Positions 36,131-46,518 of a DNA stretch of 64,000 nt are shown piece after piece. The notes beneath the pieces were generated by a model that saw nothing but the letters and a program-made list of their open reading frames with translations, was not told the DNA's origin and ran no database searches. Source of the stretch: an uncultured Alphaproteobacteria bacterium (GTDB taxonomy: Bacteria; Pseudomonadota; Alphaproteobacteria; RF32; CAG-239); NCBI GenBank assembly GCA_944390275.1, contig CALXPL010000006.1:28734-92733 (forward strand). The letters run 5' to 3'. Made by a program: the position numbers and the translations under genes. The number at the start of each line of letters is the position of its first letter. Position 1 is the stretch's first letter.

Positions 36131-37021
36131 ATGATGAATAGCTCTCAAAACATATTTGTTTTAGAAAAGAAAAAATTTTCTCACTCTTCTTGCTGCACTT
36201 ATATTCTTCCCAATATCTCCGCCGAAGAAATTGACAAATTGGATTATCTTCCTCAAATTTGCCTTCCTGAAGCAACATTTACTCCCAAAAAAGGTCTGCC
36301 CACTATTGGAGTTATTTTAGCCTTAGAAAGTGGATTTTATTCTATTGATGAACCCTATGTACTTGCTTTGCTTCAAGCAGGAGCTAACATTAAATTTATT
36401 ACTTATAAAAATGTTGAAACGCAACTGTCCGATATTGATGGCGTTCTGCTTATCGGAGGTTTCTTCCCGACACCGAATAACTGGTATGTTCATCCATCCC
36501 AAGAAGCACAACCGCCTTTACCTCCGCGTACGTTAGCTTATCTTTCCATCCTTGATTGGGCTTATCGTCATAAAATGCCGATTTTCGGTGTATGCGGCGG
36601 AATGCAAATGATGTCCGGCTTCCTTGGCGCAAAATTAATGTTTCTTGAAAAAGATTTCGGATACACTCCCTTTCAACACAAAGGCATTAATGCTAATGAT
36701 TATGCTCACCCCATTATCATTAATTCTAATTCCTTACTTTTTGATGTTGCTAAAATTAATCATATTACCGTAAATTCCGTTCATAGCGAAGCCGTTGCTT
36801 CCGTTCCTCATGATAAAATTAAAATTTCAGCTCAAACAGAGGACGGAATTATTGAAGCTATTGAATTTATCAATTATCCGGCTTTTGCTCTCGGTGTCCA
36901 ATGGCATCCGGAAAGAATGGCTGTTCAAGGTGAAATCTTTTCAAAAAATTTATATAAACGTTTTGTTCTTGAAGCTCATAAATTTTATCAAACTAAGGTA
37001 TTTGACAACTCTCCTTTTTAA
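36131..37021 (+). CDS. class I glutamine amidotransferase-like hydrolase (peptidase C26 / gamma-glutamyl-GABA hydrolase family)
   Basis: IFGVCGGMQMM carries the nucleophile Cys. The downstream VQWHPE is typical of the C26/PuuD family. Confidence 0.65.
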   Translation: MMNSSQNIFVLEKKKFSHSSCCTYILPNISAEEIDKLDYLPQICLPEATFTPKKGLPTIGVILALESGFYSIDEPYVLALLQAGANIKFITYKNVETQLSDIDGVLLIGGFFPTPNNWYVHPSQEAQPPLPPRTLAYLSILDWAYRHKMPIFGVCGGMQMMSGFLGAKLMFLEKDFGYTPFQHKGINANDYAHPIIINSNSLLFDVAKINHITVNSVHSEAVASVPHDKIKISAQTEDGIIEAIEFINYPAFALGVQWHPERMAVQGEIFSKNLYKRFVLEAHKFYQTKVFDNSPF

Positions 37022-37047
37022 GTTATACTGCTTACTAAATTGAACGG

Positions 37048-37473
37048 GTGTATATCATGAATATTGAAGAATTAGAAGAAAATTTTGATTGCCTTGATGA
37101 TTGGGAAGACAAGTACCGCTATATTATTGAACTTGGCGAAAAACTGGCTCCTTTATCTCCGGAATTGCACACTCCTGAATGGAAAGTAAAAGGTTGTCAA
37201 TCTCAAGTTTGGCTTGTTCCTAAAATAACCGAATCTAAAAATGGAAAAATTTTAGATTTTTTTGGAGATAGTGATGCGGTTATTGTAAAAGGAATTATTG
37301 CTATCGTTCTCATTATTTATTCTTCAAAATCTCCACAAGAAATATTAAAAATTAATATTGAAGATATTTTTAACAAAATAGGATTGCAGGAACATTTGAG
37401 TCCTAATCGGAGAAATGGCTTGTTCTCTATGGTTGAAAAAATTAAATCTTATGCACGGGAGATGATTGAATAA
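37048..37473 (+). CDS. sufE: cysteine desulfuration sulfur acceptor SufE
   Basis: KVKGCQSQVWL and GDSDAVIVKGI motifs. 141 aa. Confidence 0.75.
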   Translation: MYIMNIEELEENFDCLDDWEDKYRYIIELGEKLAPLSPELHTPEWKVKGCQSQVWLVPKITESKNGKILDFFGDSDAVIVKGIIAIVLIIYSSKSPQEILKINIEDIFNKIGLQEHLSPNRRNGLFSMVEKIKSYAREMIE

Positions 37474-38679
37474 ATGAATATTCACGAATACCAAGCTAAA
37501 AAAATTTTAAGTCGTTTCGGTGTACTCATTCCTGAAGGTCGTATCGCCTATACGCCAAATGAAGCTAAGAATGCCGCAATTTCCGTCTTTCCGCGCGGGC
37601 CTTGGATGCTTAAAGCCCAAATTCAGTCAGGAGCACGCGAAAAAGGTCATTTTATTGAAGAAACTGCTGGCAAGGGTGGTGGTATTCGACTTATAAAAAA
37701 ACGCAGAGAAATTATTAAAGCAGCAAAACAGATGTTGGGAGCTACTTTATGCACCCCTCAAACCGGTCCTAAAGGGAAGCCTGTCGGTCGTATTTATGTC
37801 GAAGCCTTTGTAAAAGTTAAAAAGAAATTTTATGCCGCTATGATTATTGATCGTGTAATTCCGGCTCTTACTTTGTTAATTTGCGAACCGGATGAAAAGG
37901 GAATTCTTGATGTTGCCGTACACCATCCTGATAAAATTTTAAAATTAAACTTAAATCTTGAAAAAGGGGCTCGAAAAACACAAATCGAAAAAGCACGCAA
38001 ATTTCTTAATCTTCCTGAAAGAAGTTTTCCTTATTTACGTAATCTTATTAGTGGTATGCATAAAGCATTTATTAGTTGCGATGCAACAATGATTGAAATT
38101 AATCCTGCCGGTGTGACGAGATGGGGAAGAATTGTTGCTTTAGATGCCAAAATGTCTTTTGATAATAATGCCCTTTACAGACAACCCAATATCGCCGTTC
38201 TGCAAGATGAATACGAATCTGAAGAACGAGAAATCAAAGCGGCAAAATTCGGTTTTAAATATAGCGATTTTGACGGTGGAAGTATCGGCTGTATTGTTAA
38301 TGGCGATGGTATTGCTTTAGCTGCCATGGATTTAATTCGAAAAAACGGGATGGATACAACTTGTTTTCTTAATGTCAAAGGTGGTGTTGATAAAGATAAA
38401 ATTGCCGCTGGTATAAAAATTATTATGACTAATCCTCGGGTTGAAGGTATCTTAATTAACATTCTTGGTGGCTTTTTGAGATGTAATTTATTAGCCGAAG
38501 GTATCGTTTCTGCGGCCTCTGAAGTCGGTCTTAATGTTCCTCTTGTCGTACGTTTTGAAGGAACAAACAAAGAAGAAGCAACCGAAATTTTACAAACTTC
38601 AAAACTTCCTATTATTATTGCCGATAATATGGAGGATTCCGTTGACAAATTAATCGCGGCAGTCAAGGAGACTGATTAA
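37474..38679 (+). CDS. sucC: succinyl-CoA synthetase beta subunit
   Basis: MNIHEYQAKKIL..., ATP-grasp fold plus CoA-ligase domain. 401 aa. Confidence 0.9.
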   Translation: MNIHEYQAKKILSRFGVLIPEGRIAYTPNEAKNAAISVFPRGPWMLKAQIQSGAREKGHFIEETAGKGGGIRLIKKRREIIKAAKQMLGATLCTPQTGPKGKPVGRIYVEAFVKVKKKFYAAMIIDRVIPALTLLICEPDEKGILDVAVHHPDKILKLNLNLEKGARKTQIEKARKFLNLPERSFPYLRNLISGMHKAFISCDATMIEINPAGVTRWGRIVALDAKMSFDNNALYRQPNIAVLQDEYESEEREIKAAKFGFKYSDFDGGSIGCIVNGDGIALAAMDLIRKNGMDTTCFLNVKGGVDKDKIAAGIKIIMTNPRVEGILINILGGFLRCNLLAEGIVSAASEVGLNVPLVVRFEGTNKEEATEILQTSKLPIIIADNMEDSVDKLIAAVKETD

Positions 38680-39561
38680 ATGTCTATTTTAGTTAACAAA
38701 AATACCCGTGTCCTTGTTCAAGGTATTACCGGAACTCAAGCGTCCTTTCATGTAAGACGTTCTGTTGATTATGGTACAAATGTCGTGGCTGGAGTTACCC
38801 CTGGGAAAGGGGGAATTTCGTATATGGATATTCCTGTTTTTAATACTGTTTCAGAAGCTGTTAAAGAAACTCAAGCGAATGCATCTGTTATGTTTGTTCC
38901 GGCTAAAGCTGTTAAAAGTGCCTTAAAAGATGCCGTTGATGCCGGTCTTGAACTGGTCGTATGTATCGCTGACGGGGTTCCTATTAAAGATATGATGGAA
39001 ATAAGACATATTTTAAGTGGAACTCCTACAAAATTTATCGGCCCTAATACTCCCGGAATTATTACTCCCGGAGAAGCTCGACTGGGAATTTTTCCTGAAA
39101 ATATTCTACAAAAAGGAAAAGTCGGTATCATTTCTCGATCTTCCACCTTAACTTATGAAGCGGTTTTGGAAACTAATCGCGCTCATCAGGGGCAATCTAC
39201 AGTTATCGGCTTGGGCGATGATATGGTTATCGGTATGGATTTTATTCCGCCATTGGAAATGTTTATGAATGATTCTGAAACAGAAGCTGTTGTCATTATT
39301 GGACAGCTTGATGGTGCTTTTGAAGAAATGTGCGCAAAATATTATGCTGATTTATCTTATAAAAAGCCTGTTATTAGTTTTGTCGCCGGAAATGCTATTC
39401 CTTTCGGACATAAAATGGGTTATGCCGGTGATGTTATCGCTCAAGGAAAAGTAACCGCAGAAGATAAAAAAGACGCTATGAAACAAGCTGGCATGATTGT
39501 CGTTGATGATATTAATGATATTCATAAAAAGTTACTTGATATTTTTAATGGAAATGACTGA
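38680..39561 (+). CDS. sucD: succinyl-CoA synthetase alpha subunit
   Basis: VLVQGITGTQASFH, ISRSSTLTYE and the phospho-His loop GHKMGYAGD. 293 aa. Confidence 0.9.
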   Translation: MSILVNKNTRVLVQGITGTQASFHVRRSVDYGTNVVAGVTPGKGGISYMDIPVFNTVSEAVKETQANASVMFVPAKAVKSALKDAVDAGLELVVCIADGVPIKDMMEIRHILSGTPTKFIGPNTPGIITPGEARLGIFPENILQKGKVGIISRSSTLTYEAVLETNRAHQGQSTVIGLGDDMVIGMDFIPPLEMFMNDSETEAVVIIGQLDGAFEEMCAKYYADLSYKKPVISFVAGNAIPFGHKMGYAGDVIAQGKVTAEDKKDAMKQAGMIVVDDINDIHKKLLDIFNGND

Positions 39562-40279
39562 TTTTCTTAATAAAATATTGGATTTTTTCTTGCCCCCGCG
39601 CTGTAAAATTTGCGGGAAAGTTATTTCTGACAATAATGGTTTATGCCCTGAGTGTTTTCAGCAGATTTCTTTTATCTCAACACCTTATTGTGCCAAATGT
39701 GGTCGTCCTTTTTTTGAGGCTCCTCACAATCATAATCTCCTTTGCGGTTGTTGTGCTCATGAAAAAAAATCTCTTTTTCGCATGAACCGTGCTGCCGTTT
39801 GTTATGATGATGCTTCTAAAAACTTATTACTTGGGTTAAAATTTTTTGATAAAACCGACAATGTTCCCCTACTTGCAAAATGGTTAAAGTTGGGAGGGCA
39901 AGATATTTTTAATGCCGGAGTTGATTTAATCATTCCTACCCCTCTGCATTATTTGCGTTTGGTAAAAAGGCATTATAATCAATCAGCCCTTTTAGCTCAT
40001 GAATTATCCAAATTAACAGGTATTGAGGTTAATTATTCCGCTTTAATTCGTTCTCGCTACACCAAGCCTCAAGTCAGCTTTTCCGGTAAAGCTCGAATTA
40101 AAAATGTAAAAAATGCTTTTTATGTTAAGCATCCTCAAGATGTTTGCGGTAAACGAATTCTCTTAATTGATGATGTAATGACTACCGGCTCTACCCTTAA
40201 AGAATGCGCTCTCGTTTTGAAAAAAGCCGGTGCAAAATCAGTTGATTCTTTAACAGTTGCCCGCACTTTTAAAGATTAA
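39551..40279 (+). CDS. ComF-family phosphoribosyltransferase-domain protein
   Basis: The N-terminal zinc finger CKICGKV...CPEC...CAKCGRPF is followed by the PRTase motif ILLIDDVMTTGSTL. Start MEMTDF at 39551 is preferred over the track start, which overlaps sucD. Confidence 0.65.
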   Translation, partial: EMTDFLNKILDFFLPPRCKICGKVISDNNGLCPECFQQISFISTPYCAKCGRPFFEAPHNHNLLCGCCAHEKKSLFRMNRAAVCYDDASKNLLLGLKFFDKTDNVPLLAKWLKLGGQDIFNAGVDLIIPTPLHYLRLVKRHYNQSALLAHELSKLTGIEVNYSALIRSRYTKPQVSFSGKARIKNVKNAFYVKHPQDVCGKRILLIDDVMTTGSTLKECALVLKKAGAKSVDSLTVARTFKD

Positions 40280-40282
40280 ATT

Positions 40283-41500
40283 TTAGAAAAACTTTTTCGC
40301 CTTTTCTATTGACGACACAAGTATATCAATATCTTCATGATTTGTATATAATCCGATACTTGCTCTGGCGACGCTCTCATACCCGAAGCGATGAACCAAC
40401 GGTTCGGCACAATGATGTCCCGTACGAATGGCAACCCCTTCTTTACTTAGAATAAATGCCAAGTCTTGAGGATGAATTCCATCGACAACAAAAGAAAAAA
40501 CACCACCCTTTTCTGTTGCTGTTCCTATTTGCTTTAACCCTTTTACGGTATTTAAGGCTTGAGTTGTATATTTTACCAGTTCTTGTTCGTGTTCTATTAT
40601 ATTTTTTTGACCCAATGTCATCATATATTCTAAAGCGGCACCTAATCCAATTGCTTCAATAAAAGCCGGTGTACCGGCTTCAAATCTTGCCGGAGGTTCG
40701 TCAAATGTTGTTTTTTCATAAGTCACATTATCAACCATTTCTCCGCCTAATTGATAAGGAGGCATTTCGTTTAAAATTTCTGATTTTCCATACAACACGC
40801 CTATTCCTGTCGGACCGTATGTTTTATGTCCCGAAAAAGCCAAAAAATCACAATCCATATCTTGAACATCTATATTTCCGTGAACCGCAAATTGACACGC
40901 ATCGACCAGAACCAAAGACTTATTTTTGTGAGCGGCTTCTGCTATTTTTTTTATCGGGAAAATTGTTCCTAATACATTTGACATTGCCGTAACAGCAACC
41001 AATTTTGTCTTTTTACTCAACTGTCCAAAAAATTCATTCCATAGAAAACTTCCGTCATCGGCAACTTTAAAAATTTTCAACGTAAATCCAAGTTCATCCC
41101 TTAAAACTTGCCATGTTACCAAATTTGCATGATGTTCAGCTTCCGAGATTAAAACTTCGTCTCCGACTTTTAAATTCTTTCTTCCCCAAGTCGATGCGAC
41201 TAAATTAATTGATTCTGTTGCGTTTCTTGTAAATACGACTTCATTCGAAGATGCGGCGTTGATAAAACGTTGTACCGTTTTTCGGGATTGCTCATAGGCA
41301 AACGTCATATATTCTGATAAGTAATAAGCCCCTCTGTGGACATTGGCATATTGTTCCGTCATGGCTTTTATCATTTTATCCATAACACATTGCGGCTTTT
41401 GTGCCGATGCGGCCGTATCCAAAAAGGTATTTCTTTTCCCCTCTATATGTCTTTGTAAAATCGGGAAATCTTTTCTTATTTCTTCAACGCTATACACCAT
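40283..41500 (-). CDS. sufS: cysteine desulfurase SufS
   Basis: 405 aa. Class V aminotransferase fold with SGHKTYGPTGIGVLYG (PLP Lys) and HHCA near the C-terminus. Confidence 0.85.
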   Translation of the reverse strand: MVYSVEEIRKDFPILQRHIEGKRNTFLDTAASAQKPQCVMDKMIKAMTEQYANVHRGAYYLSEYMTFAYEQSRKTVQRFINAASSNEVVFTRNATESINLVASTWGRKNLKVGDEVLISEAEHHANLVTWQVLRDELGFTLKIFKVADDGSFLWNEFFGQLSKKTKLVAVTAMSNVLGTIFPIKKIAEAAHKNKSLVLVDACQFAVHGNIDVQDMDCDFLAFSGHKTYGPTGIGVLYGKSEILNEMPPYQLGGEMVDNVTYEKTTFDEPPARFEAGTPAFIEAIGLGAALEYMMTLGQKNIIEHEQELVKYTTQALNTVKGLKQIGTATEKGGVFSFVVDGIHPQDLAFILSKEGVAIRTGHHCAEPLVHRFGYESVARASIGLYTNHEDIDILVSSIEKAKKFF

Positions 41501-41507
41501 TTTGCTC

Positions 41508-42803
41508 CTATTTACTCACCCTTAGCCATTCCCTTATCTGTTCATTATCTATTTGTGAAAATAAATCTTCTAAATAAGCTTCTATCAATATTTGTTTTGC
41601 CGTATCCTCATCTATTCCTCGCGAACGCATATAAAACAGTTGTTCGGCATCAAGCTCTCCACTGGCGGCTCCATGCGAACATTTTACATCATCAGCATAG
41701 ATTTCTAATTCCGGCTTACAATCTATTTCGGCTCTATCACTCAATAGCAGGGCTTTATGTAACTGGTGTCCTTCTGTTTTAACCGCGTCAGGGGCTATAT
41801 GAATTTTTCCTTGAAAAACACCTTTTGCATCACCGCCGACTATACCTTTTACTAGTTGATTGGAGCATGTTTCCGGAGATAAATGTTCTATATCCGTCGT
41901 CGTATCAATCGTTGCCCAACCATTCATTAAATATGCCGCGTTTACTTCTGCCTTGGCCTTTTCCTCCGTTAACTGCACTTTTGTTTCGTTTCTTGCTAAA
42001 TTAGCCCCTTTTTGCATACAAAAGCTCTTATATTCGCCCCCTTCTTTGACCTTTACTTGCGACAAAGCTATGTGGACGGCTTTAAATGCTTCTTCTTGCA
42101 ATTTGTAATGTTTTATTTTGGCGTTTCTTCCAATATAAATTTCATTTACGATATTGGCAAAATACCGTGATTTTTCTATCCCACTATACTTATATACTTC
42201 AAGAAACTCTAAAGACGAATCTTTTTCGGCAACAATTACGTTTCTTATATTGTAATATAAATTTTCATGGCAAGAATGTGTATGATTGATAAGAATTATC
42301 GGCTTGTCTAATTTTATTCCTTTATCAATATGAATAAATACACCTTCTTCAATATATGCCGTATTTAAAGCGGCAAACGGATAGTTATTTATATCGACTA
42401 TTTTTCCTAGATAATGCTTGATTTCATCATTATAAATTATTGCTTCCGGTAATGATTGAATAAAAACCCCTTTGGGTAATTCACTATGATTATGTTGCAA
42501 TTTCCCGTTATAAAAATTAATTTCATACCCTTCTATCGGAATATTTTTTATCTCTCGATGGTGGCAAGCGTCTTTTTTTTCTTCTTCTTCACACGAACAA
42601 TGGTTGCATTCTTCCGTATCTTCGTTTTCGTACATTACAAAATCATCTGTTTGCAAATCTCTTGGACGTGTATATTTCCATGCTTCTGTTTTTGCGGTCG
42701 GAAGCCCTTGAGTCATAAAGGCTTCCTTTCCTTTTTCCCGTAGGGCTTCCAGCCATGGAATATTATCTCCGAATAATTTTATTTCTTGTAATAAACCGCT
42801 CAT
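41508..42803 (-). CDS. sufD: Fe-S cluster assembly protein SufD (with Cys/His/Glu-rich N-terminal insertion)
   Basis: 431 aa. The C-terminal beta-helix region is homologous to SufB/SufD. The insertion is EDTEECNHCSCEEEEKKDACHHREIK. Confidence 0.75.
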   Translation of the reverse strand: MSGLLQEIKLFGDNIPWLEALREKGKEAFMTQGLPTAKTEAWKYTRPRDLQTDDFVMYENEDTEECNHCSCEEEEKKDACHHREIKNIPIEGYEINFYNGKLQHNHSELPKGVFIQSLPEAIIYNDEIKHYLGKIVDINNYPFAALNTAYIEEGVFIHIDKGIKLDKPIILINHTHSCHENLYYNIRNVIVAEKDSSLEFLEVYKYSGIEKSRYFANIVNEIYIGRNAKIKHYKLQEEAFKAVHIALSQVKVKEGGEYKSFCMQKGANLARNETKVQLTEEKAKAEVNAAYLMNGWATIDTTTDIEHLSPETCSNQLVKGIVGGDAKGVFQGKIHIAPDAVKTEGHQLHKALLLSDRAEIDCKPELEIYADDVKCSHGAASGELDAEQLFYMRSRGIDEDTAKQILIEAYLEDLFSQIDNEQIREWLRVSK

Positions 42804-42804
42804 G

Positions 42805-43566
42805 TTACTTCTCTTTCACAAACTGAGCATAACCTGTTTTTTCCAATTCTAACGCTAATTCTTTTCCGCCAGATTGTACAATATGTCCATCGGCAAAAAC
42901 ATGTACATAATCGGGAACAATATAATTTAAAAGGCGCTGATAATGCGTAATTACAAGCATGGCATTGTGTTCATTATGTTCAGCATTTACACCATCTGCG
43001 ACGACTTTTAACGCGTCGATATCCAACCCCGAATCCGCTTCATCTAAAATAGCAAATGTTGGTTTTAAAATAGAAAGTTGTAAAGTTTCCAAGCGTTTTT
43101 TCTCGCCCCCTGAAAAGCCGACATTTATTGGCCTTTTTAGCATATCATTCGATATTCCCAGCTTTTTTCCTTCTTCCCGAACCATTTTGATAAAGTCCAT
43201 TGTATCCAATTCTGGAAGATTTTGATGCTTTCTTACGGCATTTACAGAATGCTTTAAAAATGTTGTAACCGGAACTCCCGGTATTTCAACCGGATATTGC
43301 ATAATTAAAAATAAACCTTCGCGAGCGCGCTCTTCCGTTGACATTTTTAAGAGATTTTTGCCTTTAAAAAGAACCTTTCCTGAGGTTACTTCATAACCTT
43401 GCTTTCCGCTTAAAACGTATGATAATGTTGATTTTCCGGCTCCATTGGGTCCCATTAAGGCATGTATTTCGCCTTCGTTAATCGTTAGATTGAAACCTTT
43501 TATTATTTCTTTATCTGCAACTTTTGCGCATAAATCCTCTATTTCCAATAACGGCGTTTTACTCAT
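42805..43566 (-). CDS. sufC: Fe-S cluster assembly ATPase SufC
   Basis: [10 protein letters not shown] Walker A. LSGGEKKR ABC signature. Walker B region FAILDEADSGLD. Confidence 0.9.
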   Translation of the reverse strand: MSKTPLLEIEDLCAKVADKEIIKGFNLTINEGEIHALMGPNGAGKSTLSYVLSGKQGYEVTSGKVLFKGKNLLKMSTEERAREGLFLIMQYPVEIPGVPVTTFLKHSVNAVRKHQNLPELDTMDFIKMVREEGKKLGISNDMLKRPINVGFSGGEKKRLETLQLSILKPTFAILDEADSGLDIDALKVVADGVNAEHNEHNAMLVITHYQRLLNYIVPDYVHVFADGHIVQSGGKELALELEKTGYAQFVKEK

Positions 43567-43567
43567 T

Positions 43568-43849
43568 TTATTCTGCTTTCTTCCATTGATTTAAACGCTC
43601 TTCAATTTGAAGAAGTTTCTTTTGTTTATACTCTATAACTTCTTGTTCTATTTTATAATTGGCTTTTAATTGTTCCAACATAATTTCAACATCTGCTGTT
43701 TCTTCAATAATCTCAGAAATATTGTCTTTATGACGATTGATATTTTTTAATATTTCTTTTGTTAGTTCAGACATTTCTTCTATTACCATGAGCATTTGAG
43801 CGGTTTCTCCCCATGTTTCCAAAGCTCTTTTACATATCGGATGTACCAT
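43568..43849 (-). CDS. MazG-like nucleotide pyrophosphohydrolase-domain small protein
   Basis: 93 aa. The EEMSEL and EETADVEIMLEQL segments match the MazG EExxE...ExxD helix pair. It lies between sufB and sufC with 1-2 nt gaps. Confidence 0.5.
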   Translation of the reverse strand: MVHPICKRALETWGETAQMLMVIEEMSELTKEILKNINRHKDNISEIIEETADVEIMLEQLKANYKIEQEVIEYKQKKLLQIEERLNQWKKAE

Positions 43850-43850
43850 G

Positions 43851-45305
43851 TTAACCTACACTTCCTTCTAAACTAATGTTAATTAATTTTGCAGCTTCTA
43901 TGGCGAATTCTAACGGGAGATGCTGCATAACCTCTTTACAAAAACCATTGACGATTAAACTTACTGCCGTTTCTTCATCTATGCCTCTTTGCAAACAATA
44001 AAATAATTGTTCCTCACTGATTTTTGAGGTTGTGGCTTCGTGTTCTATTCTTGCTGTTCTATTACGATTTTCTATGTATGGGACTGTATGCGAGCCACAT
44101 TTATTTCCAATCAACAAACTGTCGCATTGTGAATAATTTCTTGCATTTTGCGCTTGCGGGCTTACCTTAACCAATCCTCGATATGTCTGATTGGAATATC
44201 CGGCTGAAATGCCTTTGGATATTATTTTTGAACTCGTATTTTTGCCAATATGTATCATTTTGGTACCGGTATCGGCTTGTTGATAATTATTGGTAAGGGC
44301 AACCGAATAAAATTCTCCAACAGAATTATCTCCTTGAAGAATGCAAGACGGATATTTCCATGTAACCGCAGAACCTGTTTCCACTTGGGTCCAAGATACT
44401 TTGGAATTTTCTCCACGGCAAGCCGCTCTTTTGGTTACAAAGTTGTAAACACCACCTTTTCCTTCTTTATCACCGGGATACCAATTTTGCACCGTCGAAT
44501 ATTTTACTTCTGCATTTTTTAAAATTACTATTTCCACTATTGCCGCATGGAGTTGATTTTCATCTCTTTGCGGTGCTGTACAGCCTTCAAGATAGGAGAC
44601 GTAACTCTCTTCATCGGCAATAATCAATGTGCGTTCAAATTGCCCCGTATTTCTTGCATTAATACGAAAATATGTAGATAATTCCATCGGACATTTTATG
44701 CCTTTTGGAATATAAACAAATGAGCCATCCGTAAAAACAGCCGAATTTAGACATGCAAAAAAATTATCCGTATAGGGAACTACCGATCCGAGATATTTTT
44801 TTACTAAATCCGGATATTGTTTTATCGCTTCTGATATTGAACAAAAAATTATCCCTTGCTCTGCTAATTTTGCGCGGTAGGTCGTTGCTACCGAAACCGA
44901 ATCGAAAACAGCATCTACGGCAACTATTCCTGCCAAAGCCTCTTGTTCTTTTAAGGGGATACCTAATTTTTCGTATGTTGACAATAATTCCGGATCTACC
45001 TCGTCAAGATTTTTTGGGGCGGCTTTTTGTTTTGGAGCCGAATAATAATATAAATCTTGGTAATCTATTTTATCATATTGTAATTTTGCCCAAGTCGGCT
45101 CTTCCATTTTTTGCCAGAAACGAAATGCTTGCAAACGCCAGTTCAAAAGCCAATCCGGCTCTTGTTTCTTTTGCGAGATTTGCTTAATAATATCCTCATT
45201 TAAACCTTTAGCAACCGTATCTGAAGCTATTTCCGTTACAAATCCGTATTTATATTTGTCGCCGCTTTCATCTATTATATTCGGCGTCTTCTGAATATCT
45301 GGCAT
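43851..45305 (-). CDS. sufB: Fe-S cluster assembly scaffold SufB
   Basis: 484 aa. The C-terminus [13 protein letters not shown]...CDSLLIG..., typical of SufB, is conserved. Confidence 0.9.
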   Translation of the reverse strand: MPDIQKTPNIIDESGDKYKYGFVTEIASDTVAKGLNEDIIKQISQKKQEPDWLLNWRLQAFRFWQKMEEPTWAKLQYDKIDYQDLYYYSAPKQKAAPKNLDEVDPELLSTYEKLGIPLKEQEALAGIVAVDAVFDSVSVATTYRAKLAEQGIIFCSISEAIKQYPDLVKKYLGSVVPYTDNFFACLNSAVFTDGSFVYIPKGIKCPMELSTYFRINARNTGQFERTLIIADEESYVSYLEGCTAPQRDENQLHAAIVEIVILKNAEVKYSTVQNWYPGDKEGKGGVYNFVTKRAACRGENSKVSWTQVETGSAVTWKYPSCILQGDNSVGEFYSVALTNNYQQADTGTKMIHIGKNTSSKIISKGISAGYSNQTYRGLVKVSPQAQNARNYSQCDSLLIGNKCGSHTVPYIENRNRTARIEHEATTSKISEEQLFYCLQRGIDEETAVSLIVNGFCKEVMQHLPLEFAIEAAKLINISLEGSVG

Positions 45306-45437
45306 ATTTTCTCTCTAATAAACTCTTTTCTCTGCCTAAAAATACGTTTTTTTATTCTAAAAAGCAACTTTTATTTAATGAATATTTAAAATCCGATGCT
45401 ATACTCTTCTTAACTTAACCTCACAAAGGAAACTTCA

Positions 45438-46448
45438 ATGTCGCTTTTTGTCTGTATTTTTGGTATTCTCTTGCTCTCCGCTTATATCATTTATCTTCAA
45501 TATGATATACGCAAGCTCCGAAAAAGTTTTAAAGAACTTCTACAAGAAAGCCGTATGCAAACTCCTACAGAAAAAAGAAATATTCAAAATATCTATTTTC
45601 ATTTAAATGACAAATTTTCTATTATTTATATAAATAATACCGCTTGTACCTTTTTTGAAACAACTCAAGACCAAATTTTAAATCAATCCGCATTAGGGAC
45701 AATTTTTGAAAATTCTCCTGCTAATCTTGCTTATTTAAATGCTTGTTTGAACCGCTTGCAAAAACATCCTGAAACCATTAATAACGAAATTATCGTTACT
45801 CCGAACGCAGACAAAAAAATTTTGATGAAAATTCGAATCCGTCCTATTCTCAATGAAATTTTGAATTGTACTGGTATGAGTATTATTTTAAGCGATATTT
45901 CAGAAACAAAAAAATTACAAAACAGACTTCTTAACATTAAAGGACAGGATATTCTTAACAGTAAAATTCTAAATGAAACAGCTCTGTTTCAAAAATTTGA
46001 AAAAGAGTTTAATCGCTGCAACCGTTATAATAAAAACTTTTCTTTAGTTGTTTTGGAACTTAAAGATATTTATGATTTTATATGTAAAGGTATAAATTTT
46101 GAAACCGGCGATAAATTAATTATTCAAGCAGGAAAACTATGTTGCCAAAATACTTATACTAAGAAAATTGTCGGTCGCTTCAATAAAACAAAATTTGCTA
46201 TACTCCTTCCTAATGAACCTCGTGACACCGCTGCAAATTTTGCTCAAAATCTGTATTACCCCTTACTTAAAACAATACAATCTTTTGGCGTTGACCGTTA
46301 TAATGCCGAAATGTTTGTTATTTCTTATACCAACCGCAAAAATTTTAATGAAACGCCAGATACTCTTTTAGGACGTATTAACCGCCACATTTCTTTGGCT
46401 CTTAAAACTCGCTCTTATGGAATTAAATCATCTGATAAAGAAGGTTAA
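45438..46448 (+). CDS. membrane-anchored protein with PAS-like region and degenerate GGDEF domain
   Basis: N-terminal TM helix. The C-terminus FSLVVLELKDIYDFICKGINFETGDKLI...VGRFNKTKFAILLPNE parallels the GGDEF core, with RYGGEEF replaced by RFNKTKF. It is probably inactive as a cyclase. Confidence 0.5.
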   Translation: MSLFVCIFGILLLSAYIIYLQYDIRKLRKSFKELLQESRMQTPTEKRNIQNIYFHLNDKFSIIYINNTACTFFETTQDQILNQSALGTIFENSPANLAYLNACLNRLQKHPETINNEIIVTPNADKKILMKIRIRPILNEILNCTGMSIILSDISETKKLQNRLLNIKGQDILNSKILNETALFQKFEKEFNRCNRYNKNFSLVVLELKDIYDFICKGINFETGDKLIIQAGKLCCQNTYTKKIVGRFNKTKFAILLPNEPRDTAANFAQNLYYPLLKTIQSFGVDRYNAEMFVISYTNRKNFNETPDTLLGRINRHISLALKTRSYGIKSSDKEG

Positions 46449-46518
46449 TCATTTTTCGTAAACAAATCTTAACCTTATATCTTCTATAATAAAATTATGG
46501 ATTAATTTTGAGGAATAG

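Noticed and set aside
39497-39550. Track start of the ComF-family ORF inside sucD
   Set aside because: This is an 18-codon overlap with sucD in another frame. The internal ATG (MEMTDF) after the sucD coding region is the more parsimonious start.
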